This document shows positions 13,590-27,724 of a stretch of DNA of 64,000 bases, piece after piece. The DNA comes from Octopus sinensis (Eukaryota): assembly GCF_006345805.1 (NCBI RefSeq), contig NC_042997.1:152644001-152708000 (forward strand). The letters run 5' to 3'. Position numbers and translations under genes: made by a program. Every line of letters begins with the position of its first letter. The first letter of the stretch is position 1. Under the pieces are notes generated by a model. It did not search any database and was not told the DNA's origin. It saw only the letters and a list, made by a program, of their open reading frames with translations.

Positions 13590-14578
13590 ACATGACATTG
13601 AGTCATTGAAATCATGCCAGCTCTCAAAATGTTGAAAGACTCCTTCGTACACAAAGTTTGGATGGAACTGGAACCATCTAGCAGGAACTATCTAGCGAGA
13701 ACAATCTAGCAGGAAACTTCTAGCGGGAACCATCTAGCGGAAAAAAATATTGTACACTTTAGGACACTATAATGGTATTACAATTCATCTAAACGGATTC
13801 AGAACATTAATAATGATGTTCCCGGAAAATCAATCAGGGCCATTGCCAAAGACCTTCAGGTGTGGGAGTGGACTATCAGATCTCTGGTGTGAGAGACGCC
13901 AATTCATATCTACGACGACACAGGAAAACCATTTAATCTGTGCCAAGCTATTACTTAAGAAGTTTTTTTAAAAAATCTAATGAACAAGTTTAAAAACCTC
14001 ATGAACATGAAATGATTTGGTTCTCACTGATGAGAAAAAACGACATCCAAGCTCCAAGCTCCATGGTTATGTTCAGATTCTTTTGAGGCTCCAGAATGAT
14101 GCCCAGTAAGATTCCCGCAAATATGATGGTTTTTAGGTGGGGTGAGTAACGAAGATCAGGATATAACATTTCATATCTTTCCAAAGAGTTGTAGAATTCA
14201 TGCTACTGGATACGTTGTGATGCTTAAGAGAGGTTTTAAGCCCTTGATGGATAAATTGCACAATGCAAGGATACGTCTGTTTCAAAATGACTCATCAGGT
14301 TCTCAATAATCTTACGTAACCCAAGAATGGATATCAGACAAACTTCACGATCGTGTTACACCAAACATTCCAGATTTCAATCCCATGGCCTGCTGCGTTT
14401 GGAGCCTTAGAGAAAGCGGGTGGCTAATATACATTCTCACAATACTGTAGCTTCACTAAAGGCGGTCATGGTCCAGGTAATATCCGAAATGAATAAGCAG
14501 CCTTTTGTGCAGGCATGTAAAAGATCCCGGTCCCGCACTGAAACAGTCATCGAAGCAGAAAGGAGATTCATAGAATAA
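13590..14578 (+). mobile_element. Tc1/mariner maT-like (DD37D-type) transposase, decayed
   Basis: SFVHKV..ELE, IQNINNDVPGKSIRAIAKDLQV, DEK, FPANMMVF, FQNDS, VTQEWISDKLHD.VTPNI, PDFNPM and ETVIEAE..FIE-stop across frameshifts. Confidence 0.82.
13671..13740 (+). repeat. 14-bp minisatellite, five copies (gaaccatctagcag-like)
   Basis: Five consecutive units at 13671, 13685, 13699, 13713 and 13727. Confidence 0.93.
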
Positions 14579-14753
14579 TTTCATGAGAAAGCTTATCGAG
14601 AACATGTGCACAAGTTTTTATTAAAATACTTTAGGCTTTGACTTGATTAGACTTGGTTTATTAAATTACCAAATATGTACTCAAATGCTTTTCCCTCTGT
14701 GTATATATGTATGTATAGTTACACACATTTACACATATATCTATACACACACA

Positions 14754-14841
<88 letters not shown>

Positions 14842-16319
14842 GCACATTTATTCCTACATATGTACATAAATGTTTTCAAGGGTTTTTTCCCCTTAAAGTC
14901 TTAAGAATAAATTTATTTAATTATTCCATTTTCTTTTTTATTTCATTCTTTATGTATTTGAAATTTTGATTTCTACTAATTAAATTTCTTTCACAATTTT
15001 CTATTCTGAAATTACAATTTACCTTTGTTATAGGGAATATTTGGCATGCTACGTTTAAATTTTTACTTTTATCCAAGAATTTCTTGCTCCAGTGCACTAT
15101 TCAGGTTTTTCTTCTCTTTTTTAAAAACTATCGCTTTATATACCGTTGTGCGCTTCAAAATAACAATCACGTTTATGACTTTTCCAATACAGAAACAAAC
15201 ATATTCAACAAAGAAAAATCAATTTCAAAACATAAATATGCGTATAAAATTATTCGAAAGCAATTTCTGATTCGGATGGGTTGAGTGGGTGATTTTTAAT
15301 TACAACTCCATCTTTAATTTCATTTCTATAAACTCTGAGCTCTGAACTTATGTCAGTTCAAGCGACCTTATGGTAATCTCATACCTCTGACTTTGAGGAG
15401 AAATATATTAAGTAATATGCATGGTCCTCCTTCAAACAAAAATTGTTTCATCTTGTATGTTTGACCTCACTGACTTTGTTAGTATGCACTTAGTTAAGTA
15501 ATGATTAAAATACTAAATGTAGTGAACAAACAATTTTTTGAATAATTCAACTCTGTTAGAAAAAAATCATTAGATCAATTTAAATTTGATCAAAGCAAGT
15601 AGAAAAAGCATCTCTATAGGGGAACTAACAAAGCATCACAAGAGCTAATATTATCTTTAGTTCTTGCATTCTGCTGGGAGATTGCATTCGGGTCCAGGGC
15701 AACTGCCTGAAGTGCGAGGCGGTCGAGTTTTGGATAACTCTGACACTCCTACTTTTTTTGTGAGTGATATTTTCGTGTTTAAATTGCCAGAATATTTTTG
15801 ATCTAACTTTCATGCTATATTAAGTATTTTTACCCTCCCTCTGTTTTATTGTATATTTTTGTTCCTAATCATATATAAAATTGTTTATGCGTACGAGCCA
15901 TATTCATAGGATCTATGAAGAAATTATTAATTAAATCTGATCCTTGACAAGTATGTTGATAACTCCGTTCTTTCTTCCCATATAAATGTAGATTACTTTA
16001 CATAGTACAAAAATTGATAAACCAAAATATATTTCTGGCGTTTTCGACCCGCAGTCTTAACCATTAAACCCACTTAATTCTTTAGTGCACTCCATAACAT
16101 GCACATGATTTGTTCTTATTTCACTTTCCATATTAATTTGTGACTTAATGCCTATTAAGAAAAATCAATAAATTAAAAGTTACCACCGCTGTAAACCTTA
16201 TCAAATTAGAAACATCCCGGTGCTTCACAGTTCATGGTAGCCTAATTCTGTTCCAGATGGCAAAGATCTAGAAAATAGGTGCTTTCATCAGTTGAAGCAG
16301 AATTAAAGGAATGCTGTTA

Positions 16320-17557
16320 TGAGAGTTGTCCTGGAAGTAATGCAAATCATTTTTTTTATTAAATGACATATGCCATTTAAATTGTACATGCTGGTAGAAT
16401 AACTTTTTATTTCCACGGAGACACTACTCAACATAATCTCCAAGTCTCCATCATATACAATGCATTTGCGCCATTGTTGAATCCAACTTTTAAATCCTCT
16501 TTGAGAAACTTCAGATATACATTGTTCACCCACTTTTTCTCAGTTTTCCTTCACCTCGACTGTGCCATCAAATCATTGTTTCCGAAAACTGTACTCTGTT
16601 GGACCGAACAGGTGAAAGTTGGAGCGCATCAGATCCAAGTTGCACGGTGGGTGGGAGATCACTGAACAACCAATTTACCGAATGTCTGATTTGTTGCCGA
16701 TGATGCGTGGGGTCACGCAGTGTAATGCTGAATAGGAAAGATTTCAGACTTCTGTTTTGGTCATTTGCACCTAATGGCTCCTCCATGCTCTTGTAGTGTC
16801 TCAATGTACCACTCGTCGTTCACTGTAGAACCGTGGTCTAGACAATCAAGAAGAGTGACAACGAAACAGTCACTATGAAAATATGTGCTGATCACTGGCT
16901 CTTGAACGTCTTAGGCCTTAAAAATGAGGCGCGACGCCATTCAGGGGATTGAGTTTTCGTTTCTGGATCATAAGGAGATGCCCATTTCTCATCCCCTATC
17001 ACCAGATTGGAAACAAAATTGTGTCTTCTTTGGTTTCAAACATTTCAAGCAGATTGAGCAAATTCTCCCCCTTCTTTCCTTCAGTCAGTTACCAAGTTAT
17101 CGACTTTGCTTAAACTTTTCGGTATTCAAAGACATACTTCTTCATTGTAACTACAGTCAAGCTGTGTAGTAAACTCACAGATTGTGATTCGTTTGCTTGC
17201 GTAAATTAGTTTGTCCACTTGCTAGTGATTCGTGTCAGCATTTGCTGAAGCTGATATTCTCTCACGGGTTTTATGTTCAATGCTGGTTTCACCTTCTTTA
17301 AATTTCATCTTGTCAACAGTGTCAATCCCGCAAGAACGACATAACTTTACATGGATACCGAAGATATAGGAAAGCTTTCATCTCACCTTCGTTAAAAAAA
17401 TCTCACTGGTGGCACGTTGTTTCTGTTTGGAACCTGTTATTTGCTGCAATGAAGAACAGGAAATACAGTTACTATATTCTAGCAATTTGTGCATTTTGAA
17501 CTACCTGTAAATACAATAGTTATGCCCACTGCTGAATTACTTTAGGAACAGTTCTTG
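16320..17557 (-). mobile_element. Full-length but decayed mariner element
   Basis: GDEKWASPYDPETKTQSPEW, HPP..DL..SNFHLFGP and SWIQQWRKCIVYDGD motifs; degenerate TIRs (tgagagttgtcctggaagtaatgcaa and tgaattactttaggaacagttcttg) flanked by TA at 16318-16319 and 17558-17559. Confidence 0.85.
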
Positions 17558-17711
17558 TATTATTGTCGTTTAGTTCCAAGCCAGCGTTGATCGAGCCCTT
17601 TAATATTTATGACTACAAGATCTAATGTATCATTTCTTTTTCCAATACATTAGGATGTGATTTAAGTGAGAATTAATTGCTGTTTCTTGCTGGTCGAATA
17701 GGTGTATAGAG

Positions 17712-18200
17712 CAATGTTTCTCAATCTGTCAGATGATTTGCCAAAATTAGGATATCCTTACGCAGATGAGGAATAATATGAAACGATCCCCCTACCTTAT
17801 CAGTCTTCAAAGAGCTGAATCGATAGACACTTTATGTGTAAGTCAATTGGTTATGTATACCCGATAGAGGCATGACGATGCCTTGAATGTTGAACTTTAG
17901 TTCTGTTAACTATTGCGAACCACTAACAAAGTTGTTGTTTTCTGTTTACTTGAAAATTGTTTAAAGGCAATGAACTGGTGTGGAACTTTCTGTCTTCTGT
18001 GTGTGCTGATGGTAGACCAGGAATGAGTTGGTAAAACTTCAATTTTGCAATTTTGGTAAGAATTACAGTTGTATAATTCATTGACTTGCAACTATTGTGA
18101 TGAATATATAATATAAATGTAAAGTCAGGGATATCGTGATGAAAATCTGTTGCTTCATTCAAGGCAAATTTATCAGATATAGGATTTTCTGCGAGGAATT
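17712..18200 (+). mobile_element. hAT (Buster/Charlie-type) element remnant
   Basis: TIR-like caatgtttctcaa preceded by gtatagag (nnnTAnnn); decayed LVWNFLSSVCADGRPGM (cf. VCTDGAPAM) and DIVMKICCFIQ (cf. VVKIVNFIK). Confidence 0.55.
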
Positions 18201-20899
18201 TTAAAAGTAAATTTCAAGTTCTATTTTCTGTTTCTTTTCCTTGAAACACTTATACTTAAAACAGCTAAATGCATATTCTCAAATTACAAAGGTAACATTA
18301 GTATCAATTATTTCGTTTCCCACAATGTATCTTGCGATGGACGCATTTTCCTTAATGTCGCATATGAAAAATTACCAGGAACAGAATGAAACTGAGCCTC
18401 ATTCATGACATGGGCTTAACATTCACTAATACAAAGATAAACTGGGGTGAAAATAAGCAATAACGTATTGTTCCATATTGTGCGTTAACCATCACGTGAA
18501 CTAGGTGAAGATAATGATTTTCATTAAGTTGGTTCACTGTAAATGCTTCTGTACTAGTGGATTTTTCATATTTCTTAAAGTATTTTCATATAGAAATAAA
18601 ATAGAACTTAAATTCACTTGCCTATATATTTATAGAATATAAGGAAGGGCATTAACCGATTCAGTTTGTCATCAAATGTTTACTGGACTAGCAAAATTTT
18701 GAAAAAAACAGATATAGTCTTAGAGGTGATTAAATTCAACTGTTGGAAGATAGACATCTTGGTGAGAAACACGATTCAGAATATAAAATGCAGACTCCTT
18801 GGTTGACGTATCTCAAAATCTAGTACCTCAGCAACTTTTCTTTTAAATGGAACTGAACTGTTAAAGTAAGTCCCAATAAAATTATTTTAACTGAGTAATC
18901 TATTCTAGTCCATAATATACTTAATTGAGATTCCGCTTTAGACCGTGTCTGTTTTCAAATCTGCTGTTTGAAAAGTCAATAGGTGGTATGTTGACTCATT
19001 TTGAGCAGTCTCTATGGCCACAAATACATATAACTCTAAGTATATATATTTATATTAGAGGACTACAAATGTCCACCAGCATTTAATCAGCAGAGATATG
19101 TACGTTTCTATAGTTTACAATATATCGCTTAAATGTTAAATAATTCGGTGACGATCTAAATCATGAGTGGATTACAAGGCATTACAAATATCACACATGC
19201 ACACATAATATTATATGTATACACACACGCATGATCGCACACACATACACACAAAAAAACACACACGCACACACATGCACACGCACATACGCGCGCGCAC
19301 ATGGATCAACCTCGGCGGGAGAGTGTCTACGTGCTTACATGACCCAATAGCCACTCTCTTAAAATTGCCAGAGCAAATTAAATAATGTACGCCGTCTCTT
19401 CCTTTTGGCAAGTTTTTTTTATCACGGATTTTCTGAGTCGGGATTAATACAGGATTAACCATCAACAAGAACTATAACAAAGAAATAGCGAAAAGGAAAC
19501 ACATCGCTTTTATATATATATGTTTTAATAATTACATTATCACTATTACGATGATGACTAAAATGTGTATAAAACTCGATGGTGGTAAACTAAACATCTA
19601 AAGGAAATTGCAACAAAGAAATTTAGATGCAAATAATTGGAAAAATAAGTTTCAAATGAGACGTAAAATTGTGTTAAGATAAATGAAAATTCATTGCCAT
19701 AATAAGTACTAACAACGAACAAAATTATGAAAATAAACTTTCTCTTGCATAAGTAATTGCTTCGAGATTATGTAACTCGGAAACATTATTCACATAATTA
19801 TTACTTTAGTTAGTGTTAGTATATTTAACGCAAGAAACATTAAAACACTAAGTAGAAATAATTATCCTGTAGGGAATAAACAACACAAGTTAATGACTAA
19901 CATTACTTAAACGACTTCCGTAAATACCAGAGGAAATTCCGGACATGTTTCACTCTTAATTTGATCTCATGAACGAAGTACAGGCGATAAATTTACACAC
20001 ACGCACACGCACACACACACAAACACACACACACACATACACACATACACACATAGATGTATACAAATATGAGTGTATGTGTGTGTAACATTAGAGTCGT
20101 CAAAACTAAGTTAGTATGATTTGATAGCGCGTACCATATGTTTGCTAATTGTTTAATTGTTTTTGGGACCCCTATAGCCGTTAGTACAGATATCGACACC
20201 CTTTGCACAACTACCATTTTTGTCTCAATAGAAGTTCTATGATGTCATTGTTTGGGGAAGAGAGGACTGCACTCCCAATGGGCTAAGGATCATTTCTGTT
20301 TGGTAGACTAAACGTGAAATGAAGTGCCTTGCGTAAGAGAACTACCCAGTCCAGGAATCGAGTATATGATCTTATAATCTTGAGCTGAACATCCATCCCA
20401 CTAGTCCCTTCATACTACCTCAAGGTATGCAGAAACTAATTGTAGAGAAAGAATTTCTTTCGGATGATTTGGTAGCTCACTGTTTCATCAATGAACACAC
20501 AGATAAAATCAGGCGCACACATACACACGAACACACGGACGATACCAACACTCCCACAACCCAATAATGCAAGTAAGCAGTATATTACTTCATATAAAAT
20601 CAAAAAATCAAAATATTAAAATAAAAATAAAAAACAAGCTAAAAATGAATAAATTAGCATTTCTCTTTCTTACACACACTTATAATCCTTCAATGATATA
20701 TAATATATGTTGCTCTCAAATGCTAAAATCAATTTGTGTATTTCCGGCCATGAAACTCTGTTGAATTTTTTTTTAAACGTAAATGGGAGTTTTCGTAACA
20801 AGAAATAAAGCAATACATCATCCAATTAGCTTAATGCACACGTACACAAACACGAGTACGTATATATGTTAGACACTGAAGCCTTCTTGTTTGGAGGTG

Positions 20900-22300
20900 G
20901 TGGTGGTTACAACGGGGATATACGTAGCATTATGCTTGCTTCTATCTCTCAAACAAACCGTATGTTTTCTTTTCTTCAATTTATCCGCTGCGGTATCGAT
21001 ATACTTGATTATTGTGTTGTCTGAATCAGGATTGTTGATCCTACATCACTTCCTTTTCAAGCCATTTGTTATCTAGAGAACAGTTTTCGGGTGAGCTGTT
21101 GTTACGTAGATATTGAAGATAATTTACTTAGAGTAATTTTTTGTATTAAATATTTGGGATCCTATATTTAGGATGAAAACGTAACTAGCATTAACAGTGT
21201 TTCAATTAAGTATTGATTGGTATTTATGTGAAGGTGGAAAGTGTATATCAATTAGTGTTGGAAGCGGCTAGAAGTATTTCTTACCACGTTCATACTATAC
21301 AGTGGATTGAACCAGGATTTTTCTTAATGCATCTATGGGATGTAATGGGGAGGGTTGTCGTTGAAGTTTGAACTTGCTAATACATTGTTGTAATACACGT
21401 CATTTCTATAGAATTCGCTTCATCTGAAGAAAGGCGTGAGATGCACTTGCTATTATTATTCATGATCTACTTTATGATTATTTCGGATAATTTGGGAACT
21501 GCTACTGTAGGTGACTTCTGAAATTGTTTCACGGAAAGGCTGATATATATCTGTTCTAAGAATCATGTTAAAAAATTCAAATAATATATTTCGAGGTTGG
21601 TATTAACTGTAAACATTAGGCTACGATGCGTTAATATTGAAATTTACTTATTCCTAATAGTATCCATATTGTCGCGTCTATTTTTGTAACGTACCACCCC
21701 CAATACATCCCTGTATAATCCTCTACATTGGCTTCCTTTATTTCACTGTTTAGTCTATATGGAATAAATAGGTCAATCAAATCCGAAATTTTAGTTTCAT
21801 TGTAGTTTCTATTTCGACATCAACGAATTCATCATCGTGATTTTTTTAACACAATAGGAATTTTCGTATCAAGAAAGTTATGATTTTCTGGCATTCATCA
21901 TTATAATAAGTGAGATTCGAAGACTGTAGTGTATAACGTTTCGGACTCGAGGGCCTGGAGCAGAAGGACTTTTGAGATTGACGAGCAAAATCCCAAAATG
22001 TCAAACTGTATTAGGTTCGATATGTGTTTATAATTTATAAACTTAAACCAATCAATGATTCCACCGAACATATCCATTATTTGAGTCAGCTCTAATATTT
22101 ATGATAATTCTATATAATATCGATTTGCTAATGATTGATTTTTCACTTTTAGTGTGATGAATTTGTCGATAATTGAGATTATGGTTAAGATTCACAGTCA
22201 CAAAGAGTTTCTATCTCTTGTGATTCATCGGTGAAACCGCATGATTTTAACACTCCAGTCTCTTTCAGGTGTTTCTCTGTCATAACTAGTGCTGTTGCGC
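20900..22300 (-). mobile_element. Penelope-like element, decayed RT region
   Basis: KSEKSIISKSIL, LIQFDILGFCSSISK.LL.QAL, MNARKS, NVGLYRD, WFNPLYSMNV and LIDIHFPPSHK...NRNTV, matching PLE RT motifs (FIQFDI.EFYPSI, GLYRDDG, WFNPPYS.NV). Confidence 0.8.
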
Positions 22301-23760
22301 GTTTGTACACATATTTTAAATGTTATATACACCAGGAATTTCATCTAAAGTGTTTTCATTTTCGCACGTTGGTTTAATTCTAGCCTGATTTACTTTCCCT
22401 CAAATCAGTAAATGTTTTACATAAAGATTTAGGTGATTACAGGCAATCAGTATTACACCTAAATAAACGAATAATGAATATCCTAGCAACAATCATCGTT
22501 ATAAAGTATTGAGTTCACAAGTTTAAAAATGGAAAGTAACTGAAATTTAGAAAAATTAAATTGTTCAAATTTAAGCCAGCCTTACATAAAAGTATTTGTA
22601 AAGTCAATTGTGTTCAGGTGTTTTGAAAATATGCATAAAATATGTGAATTGAAGTTTTACTTTTATTATCAGACTGATAATAGTTGCTAATATCGCTGCT
22701 GTGAAAAAGGAGAATACAATAATCGCACATTTTATAGGAAAATGGCAGAGTATTAGAACTTCATGGTTATCAACTTAGTGAAATATGCCTCCTATAGCTG
22801 AAAAAAGGCTCCGGTTGAATAGAAGCAAATCTTGTTTAGTTCCTGGAATACAGATAATCTGACTGGAGTACTGTATTTGGTACTTTGTATGTAACTTGTA
22901 AAAGAAACAGAAGCTGCAAAGGTTTGAGGGTTTAACGATGTTGCATTAAGCACTGTGCATAATGATTTGTCTATGAACATACGGCTTTTGAAAGCTAATG
23001 AAGCGGCTATGGCTTGTGACAATAAAGCTTTGCTTGCGGCAGATAGTTTGACTTGCTACCTCTGGGTAACTAAGCCTTGCAGTACTCACTCTATTATAGC
23101 ATGATTCGCTGTAAATGTCAGTCAATATAGTAGCAATTATTGGCATAATAAACCGTCGGAGGTATGCGTAATATATAATCGCTTCAAATGTTTGTAGCAT
23201 AAACATGTTACATCTGACAAAATATATTTAAGTTTGGGTAAAACTCTTTTTAGTATATTCTATTTTGTGATAGTGACACCCGGTTGCTATTCTTGCGAGG
23301 CGAATACTGAAACCCTTTCACTGAAGTGAGTGGTTTTGCTTTTCTGTCGAGGGACGTGCTGCTGCTATTCTAACAAGTACCACAATTATTCTACCCAGAG
23401 AAGAGACATCGAGGCGGCACATTTTAAAACGTGAAATATCCAGGTAAGAGCTGAACAGTTAGGAATATTTTTTTAAAATTCTATAACGACGATAATAACA
23501 TAATTAATTTATGTACCACACAGCCTGTTATTAGATCAATTCATTTATTGAGTAATCACTTAATAACACCAATTCGCCTCTCCAATCTAAATCATGACAC
23601 TTAACGGCATACAATTTTTCTAGGAATGTTGTAATTGCTATTATTACTCAGTGACGCAGCCACTCACACCTGCTCTCTCTCTCCTCTCTTTCTCCTCTAT
23701 CTCTTTCCTTCCCCCTCTCTTTCTCTCTCATATTATGTTATCATTATTAATAATTAGAGC

Positions 23761-23957
23761 AGTGAGTTCGCAGTATCGTTATTACGTCGAGCTCAATACT
23801 TCGCGGCATTTCATCTGAGTTCGTTTTCCACAAAAGTCAACTTTGCTTTTCCACCTTTCTCGGTCGATAAAATAAAATACCAGTCAAGTGTTGGAAGTTG
23901 ATATAATCGAAGAACCGAAGCACCTAAAATTGCTGGCTCTGTGCTAAAATTTGAAAC
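23761..23957 (+). mobile_element. tRNA-derived SINE family C, old copy
   Basis: Degenerate tgagttc..ttcc, aagtcaactttgc and ggtcgataaaataaaatacc blocks; tail-to-tail with the next copy. Confidence 0.65.
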
Positions 23958-23977
23958 CACTATTAGTCTCTTCTAAT

Positions 23978-24348
23978 CTAGGTACAAGGCCAGAAATTTT
24001 GGGGTAGGGACCCAATCGATTAGCTCGATCCAGTACGTAACTGTTACTTAATTTATCAACCCCGAAAGTCGACCTCAGCGAAATTTGAACTCAGAATGTA
24101 AAGACGGACGAAATACCTATTTTTTTACTACCCGCAAGGGGCTAAACATAGAGAGGACAAACAAGGACAGACAAACGGATTAAGTCGATTATATCGATCC
24201 CAGTGCGTAACTGGCACTTATTTAATCGACCCCGAAAGGATGAAAGGCAAAGTCGACCTCGGCGGAATTTGAACTCGGAACGTAACGGCAGACGAAGTAC
24301 GGCTACGCATTTAGCCCGGCGTGCTAACGTTTCTGCCAGCTCGCCGCC
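23978..24348 (-). mobile_element. SINE family C with two internal units
   Basis: Minus-strand head ggcggcgagctggcagaaacgttagc with B-box gagttcaaattcc; the cgaccccgaaaggatgaaaggcaaagtcgacctcggcgg block occurs twice. Confidence 0.88.
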
Positions 24349-25567
24349 TTTACAACCATTATTATTATTTTGATATATATGCGCATGTCTGTGCCGTTAT
24401 TATGGGGATGATTACATGGAAGTAGCTTCGTGTGGATCTCTGCAATTACTTGTTTATTCACATATGAAAATTTATACTTTTTTTCTGAAGCTATTTTCAC
24501 TTGGGTAGTTAAGAGAGTTTCACACACTGATGGAAACTTGGTCGGTTGTAGACTCATACTTTTTTACTTTATAGAAAACACTCATGTTCTGTGTACTGAT
24601 TCATAACAGCCGTTGTCAGCTATATTCCTATTCATAAATATAATATTCATCATACAAGAAGTTTCTAAGAAAAATGAACTTATTTTTTTCTTTTCAAGCA
24701 AAAGTTGAAATCGATGATATTAATATTTGTTTGAGAATTAGAAGTGCGTAGTCGCCTGATTCAATTATTGAATCCTTTAGAAATTGTGACTGTTAGTATC
24801 AAAGATTATGCTTGAATAAATTCACATATTATAGTTTAAAAAATTAATGGTAGAAAAAATATGGTGAGTCGCCTTTCAAAGCCTTGGTTTTTCTATTAGT
24901 TTCATTTTTAACGTATCATGCGATTGTGTAGGAAATTACCTAGGTTACATATCATCTAATGCATAACTTTCCTCTGGCTACGATATTATCTTGACATTTT
25001 CAGAAAATTTTACTACCACTTCATTTTGTTTATTCAGTAGATTTGCTTCGTAAACTTCTCAGCTCATATGTCTTTTTGACTATTTCATATTTTTTTAATA
25101 TTATTAATGTTTACAGATTTCAGATATTATGTTAGATGCAAAAGAAAAGAGAAGTAAGGAAAAGAAATGAAGAGAGAAAGTAATTCTTAATATTAAATCC
25201 AAATACAATTTCCGTTTACTCAAAATATTTCTACAACTTTGTAAAATCATATTTACATTTGAAAACACATAAATAAACTCACAATCAGAGTATTTCGTAA
25301 AATGTATAACATAATGCAACTTATCTTAATGTACTAATGTACTGTCATATTTATCGAATTTGTATGAATTTGTATAACTCAATTTTATGAAATAAAAAAA
25401 ATTACAATAAACAATTTCATTAAATTATTCATCATAAGTCTTTATTATTTCCACTGTCTTCTGTAGCTTAATGCGTGGACTTATTATTTTTGTATGTAAT
25501 ATATGTATTATGCATTTAATATTAAATATCTAATATAGTTTAAAATATATGTTCATTTATATTCTTT

Positions 25568-25944
25568 TCTACTCTAGGAACAAGGCCCGAAAATTTGGGG
25601 GAGGCGGGCCCAGTCGATTAGATCGACTCCAGTACGCAACTGGATCCCGAAAGGATGATAGGCAAAATCGACCTCGGCGGAATTTGAACTCAGAACGTAA
25701 AAACAGACGAAATACCTATTTCTTTATTACCCACAAGGGGCTAAACATAGAGTAGACAAACAAGGACAGACATAGGTATTAAGTCGATTACATCGACCCA
25801 GTGCGTAACTGGTACTTAATTTATCGACCCCGAAAGGATGAAAGGCAAAGTCGACCTCGGCGGAATTTGAAATCAGAACGTAAATACAGACGAAATACCG
25901 CTAAACATTTCGCTCGACGTGCTAACGTTTCTGCCACCTCGCTG
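25568..25944 (-). mobile_element. SINE family C with two internal units
   Basis: Same head and duplicated core block as 23978-24348. Confidence 0.86.
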
Positions 25945-27460
25945 TCTTCGATGTCTATTTATATTGATTTAAAAAATTCCTTTTTCATTTTATTTTGGAT
26001 CCATTTCTATAACTAAGAGAAATAATCTCTTATAAATTGAGAAATGTCTTTAAATCGGAATGAAATCATTGGTCTTACTCTCTGGCTCCGTTCGTCCTAT
26101 CAAATAAGGCGGTTAAATAACATAGCAATCAACAAAAACATTAGCTCAATACTAATTTGTATATCTCAAATAGACAGCAAACAATTTCTTAAATCATTGA
26201 ACTAATATATCAAAAACTAAGATAAAACATTGTTTAGAAATCAGTGCAGATTCTTGTCTTTTAAAGCAGCTTAGCTATAAAATCCGCACAACTTAATATA
26301 TATTAGATCTGAAATTATATTTTCGTAATGTACTGCAAAAGAAAAAAATCCGCAGAAGGGTTAAATTGAGTTTTTAGGCTAAGCACGTTCTAGGCTTGTT
26401 TGAAATCTTGACTACAGGATTTAATGAATAATGATTTACGAAGGCATAAATATTCATTTACAAATTTTGAGAGTTTTATTTTCTATCAACGGATGGTGTT
26501 GAAACAGCTAAGAAATTTCAACACCAAACTCGCTATCTTTCAAGGTATACACAGATAATGAGTTTTTCTTAGTAATGAGAGTTAAGTAAAGAAACCTCAG
26601 TTATATAGTGGTTCCATTACTTTTAATGGAGAAATGCACCATCAAAGACAACACGATTTTATTAAGATGATGGAATACCTGAGATGGTAGCGTGCTAGTG
26701 GGGAATAAATGAAAAAGAATCTAATTTCCTGCTCAATATTATTCTTTCACATTTCTTCAAAGTCAATTTGTGTCATTAATTAGACAATCGATAAAATAAA
26801 TGTCAAATACCAACCTTTTATTCCAATCAATTAAATTAACTATAATCACTAACCAAATATTTTTGACGTTATGCAACTGTAAGAAATGACTAACTCAAAA
26901 AGAGTACGTAGAAAGTCAAAATATTCCCGCTGTGGGGAATCGAATCATATGACTGAATCTTGCTCTTCAATAGAGAGTTAAAGAAGATGAAGAGCAAGAT
27001 CCCGAAACGTTAGTTTTCAGTCTTCACGATAGTTGCATGAACTCCATTCCATAAACTCTTCTTTTGTGCTAATCATTTCACAAGTTGACGCTGACTACTT
27101 TCTTCGAATTTCAGATCTATTTTCAGATAGAAAATGTTCTGTAGTCATAGACACAACAGGAGATAATTCAGTTGGATATTAATATAGCAGAATATTTTTG
27201 TTCAAATGAACCGATTCTAACTACACGCTGGTTTTCTATGTATGCGTGTATGTGTGTATATGCATATAACAAGCTTACTCACAGTTTTTAACTCTTAGTT
27301 TTACACATGTGTATTTGTCAACCCAGGGCTATGGTATAGAACATATGCTCAAAGTGTCATGCAATGAGATCAAGAAGGGAACTAGAGTAATTGTATGCGT
27401 TAGCGTCGATGGTGGCACTTTTATTCATCCCCTGTAAGTCTGGGGATTAGAATAGTGCTT

Positions 27461-27724
27461 AAATAAAAAAATAATAAATGTGCCCTTTTAAAGCCTAGCC
27501 AGACACATGGGCCCGGTTTCCCGGTTACAATGGCGTATGTGTTCCCCAGCTGGGTGGGAGGCCAGTCCATCGCAACGTTACTCATTTTTGCCAGCTGAGT
27601 GGACTGGAGCAACGTGAAATAAAGTGTTTTGCTCAAGAACACAACACGCCGCCTGGTCCAGGAATCGAAACCACAATCTTACGATCATGATGCTGACACC
27701 CTAGCCAATAAGCCACGCGCCTCC
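27461..27724 (-). mobile_element. tRNA-derived SINE family B, full-length copy
   Basis: Reverse-complement match to 12351-12610 along its length. Confidence 0.88.
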
